This document shows, in pieces, positions 1 to 14,843 of a DNA stretch of 64,000 bases. The translations under genes were made by a program, and so were the position numbers. The DNA comes from the human T2T-CHM13v2.0 reference genome, Homo sapiens. The notes under the pieces were generated by a model. That model did no database searches. It had not been told where the DNA came from and saw only the letters and a program-made list of their open reading frames with translations. Every line of letters begins with the position of its first letter. The first letter of the stretch is position 1. The stretch lies in the NCBI RefSeq assembly GCF_009914755.1, contig NC_060925.1; one strand, given 5' to 3'.

Positions 1-198
1 GGTAATTTCATATAAAACTTTGGATCTCAGCTTTGCTTCAAAACCAGGACACAGAGCATTATTGAGTGTTGAGAGGAGGAAGTGTTTCAGGGACCATGGG
101 ATATATTTTGCACTGAAGACAAAAGAAGCACCATGTATGAACTGATGGGGACTGTGGCCTATAAAGCGCAGAGCAAGATGAAGTACAAAGTTGAGAGG

Positions 199-581
199 TA
201 TATTAGTCAGCTTGGGCTGCCACAACAAAATATCATAGACTGAATGGCTTAAACAAGATAAATTTGTTTTCTCCCACTTCTGGAGACTGGAAACCCAAGA
301 TCAGAGTGCCACCATGGTCAGATCCTGTTGAGGGCTCTCTTTCTGGCTTGCAACCAGCTGCCTTCTCACTATGTCTTCAAATAATGCAGAGAGAAGCCCC
401 CAATCCCATCATGAAGGCTCTACCCTCTTATAAGGCCCCCAATCCCATCATGTATGCTACCCTCTTGACCTAATCTAACTATAATTACCTCTGAGAATAC
501 CCATCTCCAAATACTATCACACTGGGGGTCCGGACTTCAACAGATGAATTTGTGGAGGACACACTCATTCAGTCCATAACA
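199..581 (-). mobile_element. MaLR MLT1 (A/B-like) solo LTR
   Basis: Typical reverse-strand MLT1 ends (tattagtcagcttgggctgccacaacaaaatatcatagactgaatggcttaaac ... cattcagtccataaca). Confidence 0.8.
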
Positions 582-1811
582 AGGAGCTAAGGTAAACCAC
601 TTGCTAGATAATAGATTTGCATGTAATAAAAGCCTTGTTGGAAAAGACATGACTTTTCAATAATCTCATATCATCACTCTTTTATATTTTAAATTCAGTA
701 TACTTAATAATCTTTCTTTACTCCAAACTTCACCCTTTATTTTACAATACAAATATTATTCCCCAAAATGTTATCTTGTACCCCTTCCTACTCCTATTTA
801 TCATTTCTAGCCAAGGTAATGTACAATCCATTTCATACCAGTTATATACATAAAGCCATGAGCTCAATTTCACAAACCACATGAGAAAATTTGCCTTGTT
901 AATTTATATTTGCTTTTCATACAAAATAATATTTTTAATTAGTAGAGATTTAGAATCTTGTCAATAATAAAATTAGTTAATTCAGTGATGCTAAAGAGAG
1001 TCAAATAAGGTAATGTTTTACTTTAAAATTAATTACCTGTGCACATTCTTTAATAATAAAGAAGCATTTCACTTATTTTGTAAAACTGCCGTTAAATATT
1101 TAATATTTTAAAACATCCTGTTAAGATTTGCTTTTGTCCATAATAATCACCATATTTACAACATTATTCTCCATTGCAGCTCTTTTCTTTGAAAGCGGGT
1201 GGCTTGAATTTCATAATTAGTAAAATAGAGCATCAAAATGCAACTTTTGTCAAGATCCTAAAAGAATAAACTTACATCAGAATAAGGTCCAAATTATACT
1301 GGTGTTAGAGCCAATGAAATCAGCAAAACAGGGGCTCCCTCTTAGTGCTCCATGTACAACTTTACCTTTAGAGGTCTTCACCTCACCATCAGAGTCCCTG
1401 AAGCTGGGTTTGGAATCAGCATTTGCTCTGAGAAATGCAGGAAAAGAATGAGCTTATCTTTGACAAGAATGTTAATGCAAAAGAGACCTCAAAACCTGTA
1501 TAACCAATTTACAGATTTGAACCACTATCACAGCTCTACCACTTACTAGCTCTTTGGCCATTTAAGCTGTCTGAAATGCAGTGTCCTCATCTGCAAAAGT
1601 GGTATGATAATAATGCCTATTACCTAGAATTATCATGAATTAAGTTCTTAGCACAGTGTCCTACTAAAAGAAAGCAATTCAATACAGACAAAAGAGCCAA
1701 ATGAATACACGAATTTATTTTCCCTCCTTCCTGAAACCATATGATATTAGTTGCGTTGTTTTGTTCTGTTGTTTTGTTTTGCATTACTTTGATTTTTTCA
1801 ATATGCAAAGC

Positions 1812-1885
1812 CGAGAAGAGAAAAGAAGAGGAGGGAAGAGGAGGGGAGGGGAGGGGAGGGGAGGGGAGGAAAGGGAAGAAGAGCG
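1812..1885. repeat. Polypurine (GGGAG/GA-rich) simple repeat
   Basis: gaagagaaaagaagaggagggaagaggaggggaggggagggg... Confidence 0.9.
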
Positions 1886-2117
1886 GCAAAAGTTTCAAAG
1901 CCAGAAAGTAAATAATTGACTAATGGTAACTGACAGCAAACCCAAGAAAGCAAAATACAAAGCTGGTACTGGGAGAAGTGAGAAGCAACCCTATCTATTT
2001 ACAGCAGGTAACTGCCCTCCTCTGGAGGTGTAGGTGAAACTAAATCCAGAAGACGAAAATTGGTCAAAAGTGTTTTTAAGAACCACTTATCTCACCACGA
2101 TATTGTCAGATGAGCTC

Positions 2118-4399
2118 TGATATGGTTTGGTTCTTTGTTCCCACCCAAATCTCATCTTGGATTGTATGCCCATAATTCCCATGTGTTGTGGGAGGGACCA
2201 GTGGGAGATAATTGAATCATGGGGGCCATTTCCCCTATACTGTTCTCATCATAATGAATAAGTCTCACAAGATCTGATGGTTTTACCAGGGGGATCTGCT
2301 TTTGTGTCTTCTCTCATTCTCTCTTTGCTTGCTGCCATCCATGTAAGACGGGACTTCCTCCTCCTTGTCTTCCACCATGATTGTGAGGCTTCCCCAGCCA
2401 CATGGAACTGCAAGTCCAATTAAACCTCTTTCTTTTGTAAATTGCCCAGTCTCTGGTATGTCTTTATCAGCAGCATGGAAATGACTAATAGAGTAAATTG
2501 GTACCAGTAGAGTGGGGGCGTTGCTGAAAAGATACCCAAAAATGCGGAAGCAACTTTGGAACTGGGTAACAGGCAAATGTTGCATAAGTTTGGAGGGCTC
2601 AGAAGAAGATAGGAAAATGTGGGAAAGTTTTGAACTTCCTAGAGACTTGTTGAATGGCTTCACCCAAAATGCTGATAGTGATATGGACAATAAGGTCCAG
2701 GCTGAGGTGGTCTCAAATGGAGATGAGGAACTTGTTGAGAATTGGAGCAAAGATGACTCTTGTTATGTTTTAGCAAAGAGACTGGTGGCATTTTGCCCAT
2801 GCCCTAGAGATTTGTGGAACTTTGAACTTGAGCGAGATGATTTAGGGTATCTAGCTGAAGAAATTTCTAAGCAGAAAACATCCAAGAGGTGACTTGGGTA
2901 CTGTTAAAAGCATTCAGTTTTAAAAGGGAAACAGAGCATAAAAGTTTGAAAAACTTGCAGTTCGACAATGTGATAGGAAAGAAAATCCCATTTTCTGAGG
3001 AGAAATTCAAGCCACCTGCAGAAATCTGCATAAGTAACAAGGAGCCAAATGTTAATCCCCAAGACAATGGGGAAAATGTCTCCAGGGCATATCAGAGATC
3101 TTCACAGCAGCCCCTTCCATCACAAGCCCAGAGCTCTAGGAGGAAAAAGTGGTTCCATGGGCTGGGCCCAGGGGCCCCGAGCTGTGTACAGCCTAGGGAC
3201 TTGGTGCCCTGCATCCCACCTGCTCCAACCATGGCTAAAAGGGGCCAATGTAGAGCTTGGGCCATGGCTTCTGATGATGCATGCCCCAAGCCTGGGCAGC
3301 TTCCATGTGGTGTTGAGCCTGCAGGTGCACAGAAGTCAAGAATTGATGTTTGGGAACCTTCACCTAGATTTCAGAAGATGTATGGAAACTCCTGGATGAC
3401 CAGGCAGAAGTTTGCCACAGGGATGGGGCCCTCATGGAGAACCTCTGCTAGAGCAGTGAAGAAGGGAAATGTGCGATAGGAGCCCCCACAGAGAGTCCCT
3501 ACTGGGGCACCACCTAGTGGAGCTGTGAGAAGAGGGCACCGTCCTCCAGACCCCAGAATGGTAGATCCACCTACAGCTTGCACCGTACACCTGAAAAGCC
3601 ACAGACATTCAACACCAGCCCATGAAAGCAGGTGGGAGGGAAGCTGTATGCTACAAAGCCACAAGGGCTGAGCTGCCCAAGAGCATGGGAACTCACCTCT
3701 TGCATCGGTGTGACCTGGATGTGAGACATGGAGTTAAAGGAGATCATTTTGTAGTTTTAAGATTGGACTGCCCGGCTGGATTTCAGAATTGCATGGGCCC
3801 TGTAGCACCTTTGTTTTGGCCAATTTCTCCCATTTGGAATCATTGTATTTACCCAGTGTCTGTACCCCCATTGTATCTAGGAAATAACTAGCTTGCTTTT
3901 GATTTTACAGGCTCATGGGCAGAAGGAACTCACCTTGTCTCAGATGAGACTTTGAACTGTGGACTTTTAAGTTAATGCTGAAATGAGTTAAGACTTTGGG
4001 GGACTGTTGGGAAGGCAGGATTGGTTTTGAAATGTGAGGACATGAGATTTGGCAGGGGCCAGGGATGAATGATATGGCTTGCCTCTATGTCACCACCCAA
4101 ATCTCATCTTGGATTCTACTCCCATAATTCCCATGTGTTGTGGGAGGGACCCGGTGGAAGATAATTGAATCATGGGGGTCATTTCCCCCATACTGTTCTC
4201 ATGGTAGTGAGTAAGTCTCATAAGATCTGATGGTTTTATCAGGATTTCTGCTTTTGAATCTTCTATCATTCTCTCTGCCTGCTGCCATCCATGTAAGATG
4301 GAACTTGCTCCTCCTTGCCTTCTCCATGATTGTGAGGCTTCCCCAGTCAAGTGGAACTGTAATTCCAATTAAACCTATTTCTTTTGTAAATTACCCAGT
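2118..4399 (+). mobile_element. THE1 (THE1C-like) MaLR provirus: 5' LTR 2118-2492, internal 2493-4069, truncated 3' LTR 4070-4399
   Basis: Both LTRs start TGATATGG...cacccaaatctcatcttggatt. The internal region starts gtaaattggtaccagtagagtgggg. A purine-rich PPT precedes the 3' LTR. ORFs 2512-2892 and 2889-3479 are broken MaLR internal ORF remnants. Confidence 0.93.
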
Positions 4400-4899
4400 T
4401 GGATGGCTGTTTCACCCCATTGAACATTTACATCCTGAATGCCAAGATCTTTGCCTTCTTACCCCATGCACTTCACAGAGGTTGAAAGCCAGGCCTATAA
4501 CCTTTCCAGCAAGAGATTGGAAGCAATTACTCAAAAAATCTGACCTGTACACTGAAAAATAGGATCAAAACAAAATGAAAAGGCTTCCCAGAGAAACATA
4601 AACTATCCAGAGAGAAGAGATTTTCAAAATATTATTATTAAGATACTCGGAAACCTAATACAAGATAATTCATCTATGAAAAAGAGAGCAGAATACTATT
4701 TTTAAAGAGAAACATTAGAAAACAAAGAAGGGCTTCCTGATTTCCACTCTAGGCAGTGATACAGTAAGTGGAGTTAATATGCCCCCGTATGATTTCCAAA
4801 ATCACACAAAGGCCACATGTGAATATCATTCAGCTCTGACATCCTGCTTTAACATCCTTTATTCATATTCATCTTCCCTGATTCCCTATTTTGGTTTGA

Positions 4900-5120
4900 A
4901 TGTCCCTTATGTGACTGTACAACATATCCTGTGCATATATCTTTCATAGCCATATACAATATACCATAAATTTTTATGTTTAGTTGTCCATCTCCCACAC
5001 AGAGTGTGAAGATCCTCCAGGGAAAGACCGGGTATCACCAACACATGGCATGATGTCTGACATATTAGTATGTGCTTAATAAACGTCTGTTGAATGAATA
5101 AATTGAATGGATGAGTGAAA
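4900..5120 (+). mobile_element. L2 3' end fragment
   Basis: L2 terminal signature tgtgcttaataaacgtctgttgaatgaataaattgaatgg. Confidence 0.6.
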
Positions 5121-6749
5121 TGCTGTCACACTAGTTTGGTATGTCACCAGGACTGATAATCCCAAAAGTCCATTATCAGCTTTGCTGAACTCCCATGCTG
5201 AAATCAGCTATGCCACTTTCCAGAGGAAAAACAAAAAACAGAAAAATGCTTAGGTAGAGAAAGAAAAGAAGGATAGGATCCTTTCTTCAGTAAAGAATGC
5301 CCATTTGAACAAATAATATCTAATTATATACAAGAAAAATAACTCTATGAATCACCTATGGATTTCTCCTTCCAATTGCAAAGGCAAATGCTCTGTTACT
5401 ATCTCCAAATTCCCACTCACATACTTTCAAACATTAACAGTAGTCAGATCTGAAGATTCTTTTTGGTTCTATATTTTCTGATGTTTCTATAGTAGACAGG
5501 TATTACTTGGATAATAAAAATTAATTATATATATATAATAATATAAATTCAAATCAATACTGAAATATACTTTAAGAAAATCCCCACCTCTTTCTGAATC
5601 AACAATGGCATAGGGATCTTAACCTTGTTCCTACATCATAGTCAACAGTGAAGCTTGTTAAAAGATACTATTGTCCTGGCTCCTCTCAGATATGCAGAAC
5701 AAATATCTATGAGAGAGACATCTAGGTATGCATATTTCTAACTTGCTACACAGGTGAATCTGATGTCCAAGCAAAGCTCGTAGTCACCACTTATAGAACA
5801 TATAAAGGCTCCTTACAGATCTATGATCTTAATTAAATAATCAGGACTCCACCCATTCATTGACTTCATTCACAACTGACAGGTAAGAAAGTACTCATTA
5901 ACTGGGTAAGAAGAGGGAAAAAGAATACATAAAGAATAGGATTTCTCAGGGTAATGACTGAACACAGTTTAATCCAAATCCAGAGTATCTATTAAGTGAA
6001 GACAATGAATAAAACAGGACTTACCAGGATTACTTCAAGTTTATCTTGCTTTTCTATATTTCTAACTGCTAAGGCATAATTTATTAGAGGATTACCTCCG
6101 TTAAAACCCACCCTCTTAGCCTTTTTGCCAGCAATTCTTTCCAAAGCATATAAAAGCTTATTTCAGTTCTTAAGAAGCTAGTTAATCAAATGGATATTCA
6201 AGTTCACTTGCCTGGTGTCCTTTGCAAAGAGTTGACACTGAAATAAGGGCTTATAGCACATTCATTTGAGCTATTAACCATGCCTTCTAACTATTTATCT
6301 TCCTTCCCAGACTCAAAAGCTAAAATTTTGTTAGCCTGTCACTTTATTTTTATTCAACATATTGCATTTGGATAGCATCACTATTATATTAATGTAATGG
6401 ATCATTTCTGTAATTGAGTGTGAATACTATCACTTTTCACCCTTCTAGAGTTATTAATTTCAGTTTATTCATTGAATTTTTGAATGTAGCTGCACAGTAA
6501 ATAATGCAACACAAAGAGGCGTTAACCTATTCACGAAGCCTACGACAAGGATATAAAGCCAGTGGTGTATTAACTTTAAAAATAGATTAATCTTATCTTG
6601 TAAAAAGAAGATAAAAGATAGTTCTGTCAGTAAGAACAACGATGCTTGAGGCTGTAAACCATACTTGAAAATATAAAGAGAAGCCTGGAAGCATATGTTA
6701 AATTTTTCTTTCTGTCCTTGGAGAAAGCCTTCAACTCAGTGGAAATTAA

Positions 6750-6810
6750 ACACACCACACACACACACACACAGACACACATACACACACGCACACACAA
6801 ACACATACAC
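6750..6810. repeat. Imperfect (CA)n microsatellite
   Basis: Seen directly. Confidence 0.9.
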
Positions 6811-7986
6811 CTTCAGTCATTCAGGTATTTCTTCATATTGGCTATGTTGATAAAGCATAAACCCAACAATAACAACAATAATTATAATGTCATCTCACAG
6901 CACTTTACAGAAGCCTTTATATACATGAAACTGAAAATTGATTGAATTCTTAAGTGTGACCATTACACTGTCCAATAATATCCTAAGGCATATAGATTAG
7001 AAAACGAAGTAGAGAACGTAACAGTATTAATCACACTAACACAGTAGTTCAAACTAGCAACAAAATTCAGTGCAAATTACATATCTGCAGAGTCATGTAG
7101 GAAAGATATTTGAATAGCTTAAGAATTATCCTCAAGTTTTTGAGAAAAGCACTCAACATCATTTGTAAAACACAGACAAACCTGGATTAAAGGACTGCCA
7201 AATGGATTACGAGCTCTTTGTATTGTGAGCTCCTTAGGGTGGACTGAGACTGCTTCATCCTCTCTTTCCTAAAGCCTAGCACAGTGCTAGCTATATACAA
7301 GGAGCTTAACAATTTTAAGGGAATAAACCAGCTAAGATTCTTAAATACAGCCTATTACAGAATAACTAGTGATACCCATACTACAACTCTGTTGAGTCAA
7401 ACACATGTAGGATTAGATACAAGCACAATGTCTAAAGTGTTTTTTTTTTCCTTTTGTGTATAGAAATAGAGTAGCTACAGGACAGAGATGGAAGAAACGA
7501 GAAGCTCACTTACCTTGTCTATTCAAAGTCATTTATATGTAAAGCATAGTGTATAACATAGTGGCTTTACAGGAAGCTGAGAACTGAATATGATACAGCA
7601 ATGAAAATGAAGGAACTACTGTTATATGCAACCACATGGATGAATTTCAACACACAGAGAACCTAGACCAAAGGCAAGTCACTTTGCATTTTTTTTGGTT
7701 TGTGTTGTGGTCTGAAAAATGAGGCTGATAATACCAACCACATAAGTTTTCTGAAGATTGAGTTGTCTCTTGTGTATAAAAATCATAAAATAAATGTTAA
7801 TCATCATCAAATTTATTAATGTTATGATTATATGTGTGGTGCTCCCCTAGCACTGTGGAGAGATTGTATCCTGTCAGAAAGTAGTTTACAATCTGGTAGA
7901 AAAGATAAATAAGAGATGGATGTAGCTACTGTGTGCCTTTGTTTTTCCATTTGTGAAAATAGATAATAACACCCACCTAATCAGTT

Positions 7987-9650
7987 CACTGCACTCCAGC
8001 TTGGGTGACAGAGCAAGACCCTGTTGAGAGGTGACAGCATGCTGGCAGTCCTCACAGCCTTCGCACGCTCTCGGCGCCTCCTCTGCCTGGGCTCCCACTT
8101 TGGCGGCACTTGAGGAGCCCCTTCAGCCCACCGCTGCACTGTGGGAGCCCCTTTCTGGGCTGGCCAAGGCCGGAGCCGGCTCCCTCACCTTGCAGGGAGG
8201 TGTGGAGGGAGAGGCGCGAGCGGGAACTGGGGCTGCGCGCGGCGCTTGCGGGCCAGCTGGAGTTCCGGGTGGGCGTGGGCTTGGCGGGCCCCGCACTCCG
8301 AGCAGCCGGCCCGCCCTGCCGGCCCCGCCCTGCCGGCCCCGGCACTGAGAGGCTTAGCACCCGGGCCAGCGGCTGCAGAGGGTGTACTAGGTCCCCCAGC
8401 AGTGCCAGCCCACCAGCGCTGCGCTCGATTTCTCACCGGTCCTTAGCTGCCTTCCCGCAGGTCAGGGCTCGGGACCTGCAGCCCTCCATGCCTGAGCCTC
8501 CCACCCCCTCCATGGGCTCCTGTTCAGCCCGAGCCTCCCCGATGAGCGCCGCCCCCTGCTTCAGGGCCCCAGTCCCATCGACCACCCAAGGGCTGAGGAG
8601 TGCGGGCGCACTGCGCGGGACTGGCAGGCAGCTCCACCTGCAGCCCAGGTGTGGGATCCACTGGGTGAAGCCAGCTGGGCTCCTGAGTCTGGTGGGGACG
8701 TGGAGAATCTTTATGTCTAGCCCAGGGCTTGTAAATACACCAATGGGCACTCTGTATCTAGCTCAAGGTTTGTAAACACACCAATCAGCACCCCGTGTCT
8801 AGCTCAGGGTTTGTGAATGCACCAATCCACACTCTGTATCTAGCTACTCTGGTGGGGCCTTGGAGAACCTTTATGTCTAGCTCAAGGTTTGTAAATACAC
8901 CAATCGGCACTCTAGCTAGCTCAAGGTTTGTAAATACACCAATTAGCACCCTGTGTCTAGCTCAGGGTTTGTGAATGCACCAATCGACACTCTGTATCTG
9001 GGTACTCTGGTGGGGCCTTGGAGAACTTTGTGTGGACACTCTGTATCTAGCTATTCTGGTGGGGATGTGGAGAACCTTTGTGGGTAGCTCAGGGATTGTA
9101 AACGCACCAATCAGCACCCTGTCAAAACAGACCACTCGGCTCTACCAATCAGCAGGATGTGGGTGGGGCCAGATGAGAGAATAAAAGCAGGCTGCCTGGG
9201 CCAGCAGTGGCAACCCGCTGGGGTCCCCTTCCACACTGTGGAAGCTTTGATCTTTCGCTCTTTGCAATAAATCTTGCTACTGCTCACTCTTTGGGTCCAC
9301 ACTGCTTTTGTGAGCTGTAACACTCACGGCGAAGGTCTGTAGCTTCACTCTTGAAGCCAGCGAGACCACGAGCCCACCAGGAGGAAGGAACAACTCCAGA
9401 CGCGCCGCCTTAAGAGCTGTAACACTCACCGTGAAGGTCTGCAGCTTCACTCCTGAGCCAGCGAGACCACAAACCCACCAGAAGGAAGAAACTCCGAACA
9501 CATCCGAACATCAGAAGGAACAGACTCCAGACGCACCACCTTAAGAGCTGTAACACTCACCGCGAGGGTCCGCGGTTTCATTCTTGAAGTCAATGAGACC
9601 AAGAACCCACCAATTCCGGACACACTGTCTCTAATAAAGATAATAATAAT
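7987..9650 (+). mobile_element. Short Alu 3'-end remnant split by the LTR12C
   Basis: cactgcactccagcttgggtgacagagcaagaccctgt (7987-8024) continues after the LTR as ctc plus an A-rich tail (9629-9650). Confidence 0.8.
8025..9624 (+). mobile_element. LTR12C (ERV9) solo LTR, 1.6 kb
   Basis: Starts TGAGAGGTGACAGCATGCTGGCAGTCC and ends CCAATTCCGGACACA, with a 4-bp TSD ctgt (8021-8024 / 9625-9628). GC-rich 5' U3, tandem CCAAT/TATCTAGCT repeats, AATAAAA promoter element ~9180, poly(A) signal 9266-9271, and U5 repeats gagctgtaacactcac x3. Confidence 0.96.
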
Positions 9651-10315
9651 CATACTTATATAATGGATTTTGGTAATTGGAAATTATTTCCTAAAATATA
9701 AATGTTATAAAAACAAGGATTTGTCTGTTTTGTTTACCCTTATACTTTTGGAGCCTACATGGTATTAGGTGGTTAGTAAATATTTGTTGAATAAATGTAT
9801 GCATGAATGAATGAAGCATATAAAACACTTAAGAAATGCCTAGCACATGAAAAACATACAGTAAGTTCTAGCTATCATTAATAACTTAATATATAATATG
9901 GTAAGAAAAACTAACATTTATTTACATAAAGTAGAAAATTTGAAGAGTTAAAAGACTTGTGCAAAAAAAAAACCCAAAACACTATGAAATTCCTGACAGG
10001 AATGATAATTTTTATTTAAGAGGAACTGTGCAACAACAGAAACACAGTTAAATAAACTATGGTATATTCATAATTTAAAATAAACCACAGAAAGTGAAAA
10101 AAAAAGCCATACATAGTCACATAGATGACTCTCAGGAGCATATACTCTATTATTCCAGTTATATGAAGTTCAAACCAGGTCACCAAATATTTTGTAGTAT
10201 TTAGAATACTTACTTTTGGGAAAGATGGAAAGTATAGGATTGGAAGGACATAGGGAGGACTCTAGTGTTAGTAATGTTTTATGTAGTGACTTGGGTAATA
10301 ATTCCACAATAACGA

Positions 10316-10775
10316 TGTTACTGAAATACCCAGGGTTCAGTCTAGGTCCAGTGTAGGTCCTGCTGCACAGAAAGCCAATCACTGAGAGGATTATTGCCAA
10401 GGAAGAAGGCTTTAATTTGGTGCTGCAGCCGAGATCAGTCTTAAATCCATCTCCCTGACCCACTAAAATTAGGGGTTTAGATAGCAGGGAAGAAATGTAA
10501 TAATGTGTAAGAAAACAAGTAGGAGGAGGGGTAAGGAAGCAATCACGGTGAATGAGGGGTCTGGCATCTCATTGCCTGGACTGGTGATCTGGTGAGTTTC
10601 AGTTCTTTGATACTTTCTTTTTTTAGAAGCCTGAAGGTCATTTCCTGAGGAAGGAACTCAGATAAATTAAATATAAGTTTCAAGCCTTAAGACCAGATGG
10701 GTCAATTTCTATGTTTATCAAAAACAAAAAAGCAAACAAAACCTATCTATTGATGAGACTATTGGGTCAGTTTCA
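10316..10775 (-). mobile_element. ERV1 solo LTR (LOR1-like)
   Basis: TG...CA termini. tgttactgaaatacccagggttcagtctaggtcc ... attgggtcagtttca resembles the recalled LOR1 consensus. Confidence 0.65.
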
Positions 10776-11142
10776 ATAATTCATTCTGTATGTTTATTAT
10801 TTCTCAGATTTGTTTTTGCTATCGTAACAACCCCAATATCTCGGTGTTCACAACAAAATGTATTTTGTTCCTTGCTTCCATTACATGAGAACCGTGGCCT
10901 GCTATGTTCTCCTGGGTTCACTTAGGCTCAGCTCAGTTTCACTTCATTCCAGGAATCTCCTTTCTGTGACCCAGGCTAGAAAAGTAGCTACTATTTGTGG
11001 CATGCTTTTCATATGGCAGAGTTTAGAAACTCAAGGGTGACAGAGGCAAACTATGCAGCTGTATTAAAATTTTCTGCTCAGATGTAGAGTACATACAGCT
11101 TGTTCAAAACTTTGTTTTTTGTCTATTTGACCCAGTCATTTC

Positions 11143-11551
11143 TGTTACCAGTAGAGGGTGTCAAAGTTCTCAGCATCTTGAACAAAGAATGGGACAAAAT
11201 GCACAAATAAAGCAAGGAAAGAAAAGCACAGATTTATTGAAACGAGTACACTCCACAGAGTGGGAGCAGGCTCCAGTAAGCAGCTCAAGAGTGCTGGTTA
11301 CAGAATTTTCAGGGATTTAAATACCCTCTAGAGGTATTCCATTGGTTACTTGGTGTACACCCCATGTAAATGAAGAGGCTGAAGTGAAGTTACAAAGTTA
11401 TTTACTTGGTGTACACCCTTTGCAAATGAAGAGGCTGAAGTGAAGTTACAATGTCATTTACTTGGGCTTAGAAAGTTGGGGTTTTTCAGTTTGATTTAGT
11501 TCTAGGAAGTCCTTAGGTTCCCTGCCTCCAGACCATATTGTCCTGCCTCCA
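11143..11551 (-). mobile_element. MER51-type ERV1 solo LTR
   Basis: tgttaccagtagagggtgtc ... ggttccctgcctccagaccatattgtcctgcctc. Internal ~56-bp tandem repeat at ~11346-11460. Confidence 0.75.
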
Positions 11552-11679
11552 TCTCTACATGCCATGAGCCAGACACATATTCTTCTGAGACATAGATTTC
11601 TTGGCAGATATTTTAAGTTTATCAAGCTTTGGTGGGAATATACCATTAGTCTCTATCCTCAGTCATTTCTCCAGCTGAA

Positions 11680-12203
11680 AATATTATTTTATGGATATAA
11701 ATGAGGTCCCATATTAGTGGAATTTGAGTTAATCAAAATTATCTTGTAGGAGGGAGTGTGGACTTGGACCAGGAACCTTCCTGAAATAGGAAAGCTTCTC
11801 CTCTTGGCCTTGAAGAAGTAAGCTGCTATGTTGTGAAAGAGTCTGGGAGAGGACCACATAGCAAGGAACTGCCAGCAGCTTCAAGGAACTGCAAGTAGCC
11901 CCCATCTGACAATCAGGAAGAAAAGGGGAACCTCAGTCCTACAAATGCAAGGAACTGAGCTCTGCCAACAACAATCACATGAGCTTGGAAGATAATTTGA
12001 GCTCCAGAAAGGAAGGCTGCCAGGTCAACAACTTGATTGCAGCTTTGAGAGGACACACCTAAGCTGTGCCTGAACTTCTGACCCATTGCCTCTGTGAGAT
12101 CAAAAAAATAAATAAATAAAAATAAAAATAAAAATCATATTGTTTTAAGATGCTAACTGAATTTGTAGTAATTTGTTATACAGCAGTAGAAAAAAATAAT
12201 AGA
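11680..12203 (+). mobile_element. MLT1 (E/F-like) LTR
   Basis: ggaccacatagcaaggaactg, cctcagtcctacaaatgcaaggaactg, and the terminal aatttgttatacagcagtagaaaa...aata. Confidence 0.7.
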
Positions 12204-12270
12204 TGCTCCATTCCATAAACTCTACATGGCCTCACATTGGTTCTTGTACTCTTCAAACTATCTAGGTAGG

Positions 12271-12458
12271 TAGTGGTTCTCAAATTTCAGTGTGCATCAG
12301 AATCACCTGAAAGCCTATTAAGAAGGAAGACTGCAGATTCTCTTCCCCAAAGATTCCAATTCATTAGATCTAGGATGGGGTCCAAAATTTTGTAATTCTA
12401 ACAATTTCTCAGGTGATGCTGCTGCTATTGGTCTAGAGACCACACTTTGAGAACCACC
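12271..12458. mobile_element. MER5A (hAT-Charlie) MITE
   Basis: Terminal inverted repeats gtggttctcaaa ... tttgagaaccac and an internal gcatcagaatcacctg. Confidence 0.85.
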
Positions 12459-12562
12459 AGACTACCGTGAGTATAATGTGAGTATAATTATTTCCATGCA
12501 CTTCAAATGCCATCAGTAGCAAACTACTATGAGAACATAAGAATCTGATAAAGACCAATAGT

Positions 12563-14843
<2,281 letters not shown>

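Noticed and set aside
2283-4562. Several 90-196 aa ORFs
   Set aside because: All lie in or start within the THE1 element and are degenerate MaLR ORF pieces or chance frames.
8031-8775. Cluster of overlapping ORFs up to 221 aa
   Set aside because: This is GC-rich LTR12C U3 sequence with few stop codons, not a gene.
8710-9600. Regularly spaced repeats superficially resembling a CRISPR array
   Set aside because: These are the standard U3 and U5 tandem repeats of ERV9 LTRs. The spacers are not unique, there are no cas genes, and the DNA is eukaryotic.
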